Of a stretch of DNA of 30,467 nucleotides, positions 26,883 through 30,467 are shown piece after piece. How positions within the stretch are numbered: the first letter of the stretch is position 1; the number at the start of each line of letters is the position of its first letter. Below the pieces are notes generated by a model, which was not told where the DNA came from, searched no databases, and saw only the letters and a program-made list of their open reading frames with translations. A program made the translations under genes and the position numbers. The stretch comes from a virus. Its lineage: Duplodnaviria > Caudoviricetes. The stretch covers positions 1 through 30,467 of IMG/VR virus record IMGVR_UViG_3300023314_000087. One strand, given 5' to 3'.

Positions 26883-26907
26883 GAATGAATAACAAGAATT
26901 GATAATT
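26883..26907 (+). promoter_or_regulatory. Putative late promoter GAAT-N14-GATAATT
   Basis: gaatgaataacaagaattgataatt followed by ctaggt (also follows the 24911 copy) and ATG 26914. Confidence 0.6.
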
Positions 26908-26913
26908 CTAGGT

Positions 26914-27168
26914 ATGACTGAAAATAAAATTGCAAATAAAAATGATATGCTAGAGCTATTGGTAACAACTCTAACAGCTTTAAACAATTGCTTCAAAGGT
27001 GATGATAATTACCAAAAGTATACAAGTGATTTAAAAGTTCTATCAAAATACTTTTTTCCTGAATACAATAGTAAATGCAATAGTTGTAGTGAAGGTCAAA
27101 TAAAAATAATGCTTGGCGAATACTGGGTTAAAACTGGTAAAGCAGAATATGAAAACATAAATAGTTAA
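26914..27168 (+). CDS. Small CxxC protein upstream of the terminase
   Basis: KCNSCS motif; start moved from TTG 26899, which overlaps the promoter motif, to ATG 26914. Confidence 0.55.
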   Translation: MTENKIANKNDMLELLVTTLTALNNCFKGDDNYQKYTSDLKVLSKYFFPEYNSKCNSCSEGQIKIMLGEYWVKTGKAEYENINS

Positions 27169-27172
27169 TAGA

Positions 27173-27574
27173 ATGCAAAGAAATTTAAAATCATTGAATG
27201 ATAATCATATCAGATTCATTGAACATTATATAATGTATGGCAATGCTACTCAAGCTTATTTAGTAGCTTATCCAAATACAACATACACATCTGCTAAAGC
27301 TGATGGGTGGATGTTATTACAAGAACCATTGATAAAAGATGAACTAGAAGATAGACGTGAAAAATTAGCTATAGCTAATCAAATTACAAAGACTGACATA
27401 ATCAATGAATTAGTTGATAGTGCATACTTAGCAAAATCAGATGGTAAGTATAATGATTACGCTAAGATGAAAGATATGATAATTAAAATGTTTGGATACT
27501 ATGAAGCTGATAAAGTTGAACATCTAGGTATGCCAATTTCAATAACGCTAAATCTAAATGAAGATGAAGAATAG
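27173..27574 (+). CDS. terS: Terminase small subunit
   Basis: LNDNHIRFIEHYI..GNATQAYLVAY HTH, LL..P.IK, ITKTDIINEL; directly upstream of TerL. Confidence 0.88.
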   Translation: MQRNLKSLNDNHIRFIEHYIMYGNATQAYLVAYPNTTYTSAKADGWMLLQEPLIKDELEDRREKLAIANQITKTDIINELVDSAYLAKSDGKYNDYAKMKDMIIKMFGYYEADKVEHLGMPISITLNLNEDEE

Positions 27575-28938
27575 TGAATCAGAAAACCCTAGATATAAAA
27601 CCAACGCTAACAAAAAAACAGCGTGAAGCATTAAAAATTTTATTAGACCACAATAATGGTATAACTGAATTAGTTTTTGGTGGTGGTGCTGGTGGTGGAA
27701 AATCCTATCTAGGTTGTGTATGGATTATTATTAATTGTCTTCAATATAATGATACACGTTGGTTAATCGGACGTTCTAAATTGACCAACTTAAAAATTAC
27801 AACACTTAAAACATTTTTTGAAGTTGCTAAATCACTTGGTTTAAAAGAAACAACACATTATAAATACAATGCTGTAAATAATATCATCAAGTTTAAAAAC
27901 GGTAGTGAAATTATTTTAAAAGACCTTGCAACAAACCCTAGTGATAGTGATTTTGATAGTTTAGGTTCACTTGAAATAGCTGGTGCATTCATCGATGAAT
28001 GTAACCAAGTAAGTGAAAAGGCTAAGAACGTTGTAATGTCACGTATAAGACATAAACTAGATGAATATGGTTTGATTCCAAAATTGTATATGAGTTGTAA
28101 CCCATCAAAAGGCTGGGTTTATAATGAATATTATAAGAAACTTAAAGATGGTGATATAGAACCTTATAAAGCTTTTATTCAAGCTTTAGTAACAGATAAT
28201 AAGCACATCAGTAAGCACTATATAACCAACTTAGAAAAATTAGATGACATAAGTAAACATAGATTGTTACTAGGTGAATGGGAATATAGTGAAGTAACTG
28301 CATTATTTGATTATGATAAGTTAATTGAAATGTTTGATGAAGATGATTATAAACCTAAACCAATTTATGATGTTATCGACAATGTTTATCTAACAATAGA
28401 TGTAGCTAGATTTGGTAGTGATAAAACTTGTGTAATAGTTTGGGACGATAAAAGAATTATTGATATACTAGATTATACTAGAACTTCATTAGCAACACAA
28501 TTAAGCTACATTAAAAAACTAATTGAAAAGTATAATATCAAAGCTAGTAACATAGCAGTTGATAGTGATGGTGTAGGTGGTGGTATTGCCGATTTTTTAC
28601 CTAACTGTATCAACATAGTTAACAATAGCAGACCAATCAATAATGAGAATTTTCAGAATCTTAAAACACAATTATATTTTAAGTTAGCTGAAGTAGTTAA
28701 TAAAGGTGAGATTAAAATTTTCAATGTAAAAGATGAAGTTAAAACTAAGCTAATACAGGAACTTCAAATATTGAAACGTGAGAAAATTGATATAGATGGT
28801 AAAATATGTATGACTACAAAAGACCAAGTAAAACAAATGATAGGTAGAAGTCCAGACACTAGTGATAGTATGGCTTTTAGAATGTTTTTTGAAATGAAAG
28901 ATACAGCGTTTACTTATTCGTTTGGTGTGGCTGGTTAA
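27574..28938 (+). CDS. terL: Terminase large subunit
   Basis: KQREA, Walker A FGGGAGGGKS, Walker B FIDECNQ, SCNP, and nuclease motifs IDVARFGSD, DSDGVGGG, SPDTSDS. Confidence 0.95.
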   Translation: MNQKTLDIKPTLTKKQREALKILLDHNNGITELVFGGGAGGGKSYLGCVWIIINCLQYNDTRWLIGRSKLTNLKITTLKTFFEVAKSLGLKETTHYKYNAVNNIIKFKNGSEIILKDLATNPSDSDFDSLGSLEIAGAFIDECNQVSEKAKNVVMSRIRHKLDEYGLIPKLYMSCNPSKGWVYNEYYKKLKDGDIEPYKAFIQALVTDNKHISKHYITNLEKLDDISKHRLLLGEWEYSEVTALFDYDKLIEMFDEDDYKPKPIYDVIDNVYLTIDVARFGSDKTCVIVWDDKRIIDILDYTRTSLATQLSYIKKLIEKYNIKASNIAVDSDGVGGGIADFLPNCINIVNNSRPINNENFQNLKTQLYFKLAEVVNKGEIKIFNVKDEVKTKLIQELQILKREKIDIDGKICMTTKDQVKQMIGRSPDTSDSMAFRMFFEMKDTAFTYSFGVAG

Positions 28939-29136
28939 CTAAATAAATTTAGTATTAATTACTGCGGTTGCTATATACTTCCTATCACTTTCTGCTGTGG
29001 TATCAATGGCAAGTGAATGACTTATACTAACAAATTTTACAGCAAATTTTATATTTTCAGCATCAAGTTTATTTCCTAGCTTGGTTATAGCTTCTTCAGG
29101 TTTAGAACCAAATTCAATTAATGTTATAACTTGCAT
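28939..29136 (-). CDS. Small hypothetical protein
   Basis: 65 aa, convergent with terL. Confidence 0.55.
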   Translation of the reverse strand: MQVITLIEFGSKPEEAITKLGNKLDAENIKFAVKFVSISHSLAIDTTAESDRKYIATAVINTKFI

Positions 29137-29158
29137 ATAATGATTTTATTAAAAGGCT

Positions 29159-29920
29159 TTAAATTAGACCGAACCAATGAACAATCATAGTTAAAACTAA
29201 ACCTATAATTAATAGTATTAATTCTTTAGAATTCTCTTGAAACCAATTCTTTTTTTCAATTTTCTTATTCTTTTCAAAGTCTATTCCATAAATATCACTT
29301 AAAAAGTTTGTGGTTTTATCTTCATTATCTAGTTGAAAGTTTTTTAAATTACTTGTAATTTTTCTTATACTATTCTGTTGGTTATTTTTTTGATTAAGTA
29401 TTTGTTCAACTCTAATTCGCTCTTTATAATTTTGCCATCCTTCATATTGTACTTCTAAGCCTTTAGGTGAAAGAACAACAAGAATTTCGTTATTTTCGTT
29501 TGGCTTATTATCATTGGGTTTTAAAATCAAACCTTCTAATAGCATCACATTTTTTAGTTGTACTGGTAGATATGCGTGAGATTCACCCTTAGCAGCAATA
29601 TATGATTCTTCAATCAACATATCATTATACCTTTCAGAATTGAAATCTTGTACTGGTATAAAAGGTATTCCAGTAATTACATTAGGTGCGTTCACAATCT
29701 CATCTTTAACGATAGACATTGCATAACCGCTTTTTTTCATTTTAATACCATCATAACTCAACCTACAAAATGTTTCATTCATAGTAACCTTTTCAGTATA
29801 ACTTAGGAAACCTTTTTCATTCATATACTCTGCAATATCATTTTTTATGACAGCTTCATTCTTATCATCAAATTCATTAAAGGCTTCGTGAATTTCAATA
29901 TCGATTTCACTTAAAGGCAT
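29159..29920 (-). CDS. Hypothetical protein with a C-terminal TM anchor (accessory/moron-like)
   Basis: 253 aa; LSPKGLE wing-like motif, coiled region and terminal hydrophobic helix; has its own host-type promoter. Confidence 0.65.
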   Translation of the reverse strand: MPLSEIDIEIHEAFNEFDDKNEAVIKNDIAEYMNEKGFLSYTEKVTMNETFCRLSYDGIKMKKSGYAMSIVKDEIVNAPNVITGIPFIPVQDFNSERYNDMLIEESYIAAKGESHAYLPVQLKNVMLLEGLILKPNDNKPNENNEILVVLSPKGLEVQYEGWQNYKERIRVEQILNQKNNQQNSIRKITSNLKNFQLDNEDKTTNFLSDIYGIDFEKNKKIEKKNWFQENSKELILLIIGLVLTMIVHWFGLI

Positions 29921-29941
29921 AATTTATAATTTTTATTTAAA

Positions 29942-29972
29942 CAAAGGTATAAGCTTCTTTAGTTCCTTACAA
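29942..29972 (-). promoter_or_regulatory. Bacteroidota housekeeping-type promoter (-33 TTG / -7 TAnnTTTG)
   Basis: Minus strand TTG-N20-TACCTTTG, 21 nt before ATG 29920. Confidence 0.6.
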
Positions 29973-29999
29973 CCCCTTTTTAAAAATTTATTTTACCCA

Positions 30000-30042
30000 C
30001 AACCTTGACAACCTCATTTAGGAGTTGTTTATTTGTCAATAT
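30000..30042. repeat. 43-bp quasi-palindromic site upstream of the serine recombinase (inverted copy at 14030-14072)
   Basis: caaccttgacaacctcatttaggagttgtttatttgtcaatat, containing the dyad ttgacaa-N21-ttgtcaa. Confidence 0.85.
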
Positions 30043-30137
30043 CACATTGTTTAAAAATAAGTCCAGGATTTAACATTGAATATTTGCCCTGGAAATCAAT
30101 AAGTTGTAAATTTAAGTATCATTTAAAACATACGAAA

Positions 30138-30467
30138 ATGGCTAGTAAAAGAAACAGAAAAAAGGTTAATGAATATGATATTTCAAACCGAGAAAGAAGA
30201 TTAGGAATATATGCACGTCAATCAAAAGAACGTGAAAATTCAGGTAGTATTGAAGACCAAATCAAAGAAGGTGAATCTAAAGCTAAGTTTCTAGGAATAC
30301 CTTTTGAATCTTATATTGATAGAGATGTAACTGGTGCAAATGATTCATTAGATAATAGACCATCATTTTTACAGCTTCTAGATGATATACAAAATGGTTT
30401 GATTAGTGAGGTATTTTGTATGGACGAATCTAGATTAACTAGAAGTACAGTTACAAAAGAAATTATG
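30138..30467 (+). CDS. Serine recombinase, N-terminal catalytic domain (runs off the window; not in ORF track)
   Basis: Manual translation MASKRN...LGIYARQSKERENSGSIEDQ...YIDRDVTGA...NRPSFLQLLDDIQNG...VFCMDESRLTRS shows the YARxS nucleophile, RP and SRLxR motifs. Confidence 0.92.
   Translation, partial: MASKRNRKKVNEYDISNRERRLGIYARQSKERENSGSIEDQIKEGESKAKFLGIPFESYIDRDVTGANDSLDNRPSFLQLLDDIQNGLISEVFCMDESRLTRSTVTKEIM

Larger units (their letters stand above)
2720..30467. mobile_element. Siphovirus-like prophage/phage-derived element of a probable Bacteroidota host; boundaries uncertain
   Basis: Portal, protease, capsid, tail tube, tape measure, terminases, holin, origin-like region and serine recombinase; no att core identified. 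Confidence 0.8.

Noticed and set aside
14030-30042. The 43-bp pair as attL/attR prophage ends
   Set aside because: The copies are inverted, not direct, and one lies mid-element between the two virion arms.

Overview
Very AT-rich (roughly 30% GC by eye) window, most consistent with a Bacteroidota-type siphovirus-like prophage or phage-derived element. It is bracketed by a umuC-like Y-family polymerase plus SRAP gene on the left and the N-terminus of a serine recombinase at the right edge (missed by the ORF track). Virion genes are split into two divergent arms in a non-canonical order. The minus arm runs: two paralogous chaperone-like genes, protease/scaffold, capsid, tail tube, portal, adaptor, holin. 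The plus arm runs: tail completion, fibres, baseplate-like genes, tape measure, TerS, TerL. Between them is a control region with three sigma-factor-like genes, an HTH replication-like gene and a 4x24-bp iteron array. The most notable non-coding signals are: (1) a ~900-bp ORF-free block (10089-11000) tiled with about 20 hairpins, many with 3-nt loops, and carrying 17-bp near-terminal inverted repeats; (2) a motif RAAC-N14-GATAATT in front of eight morphogenesis genes, a likely phage-sigma late promoter; (3) a 43-bp quasi-palindromic site in two inverted copies (14030-14072 and 30000-30042), one next to the recombinase, whose recombination would co-orient both virion arms; (4) a degenerate tRNA-like element. 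No endolysin or repressor was recognised. All protein calls come from motif recognition and context only; no database searches were run.
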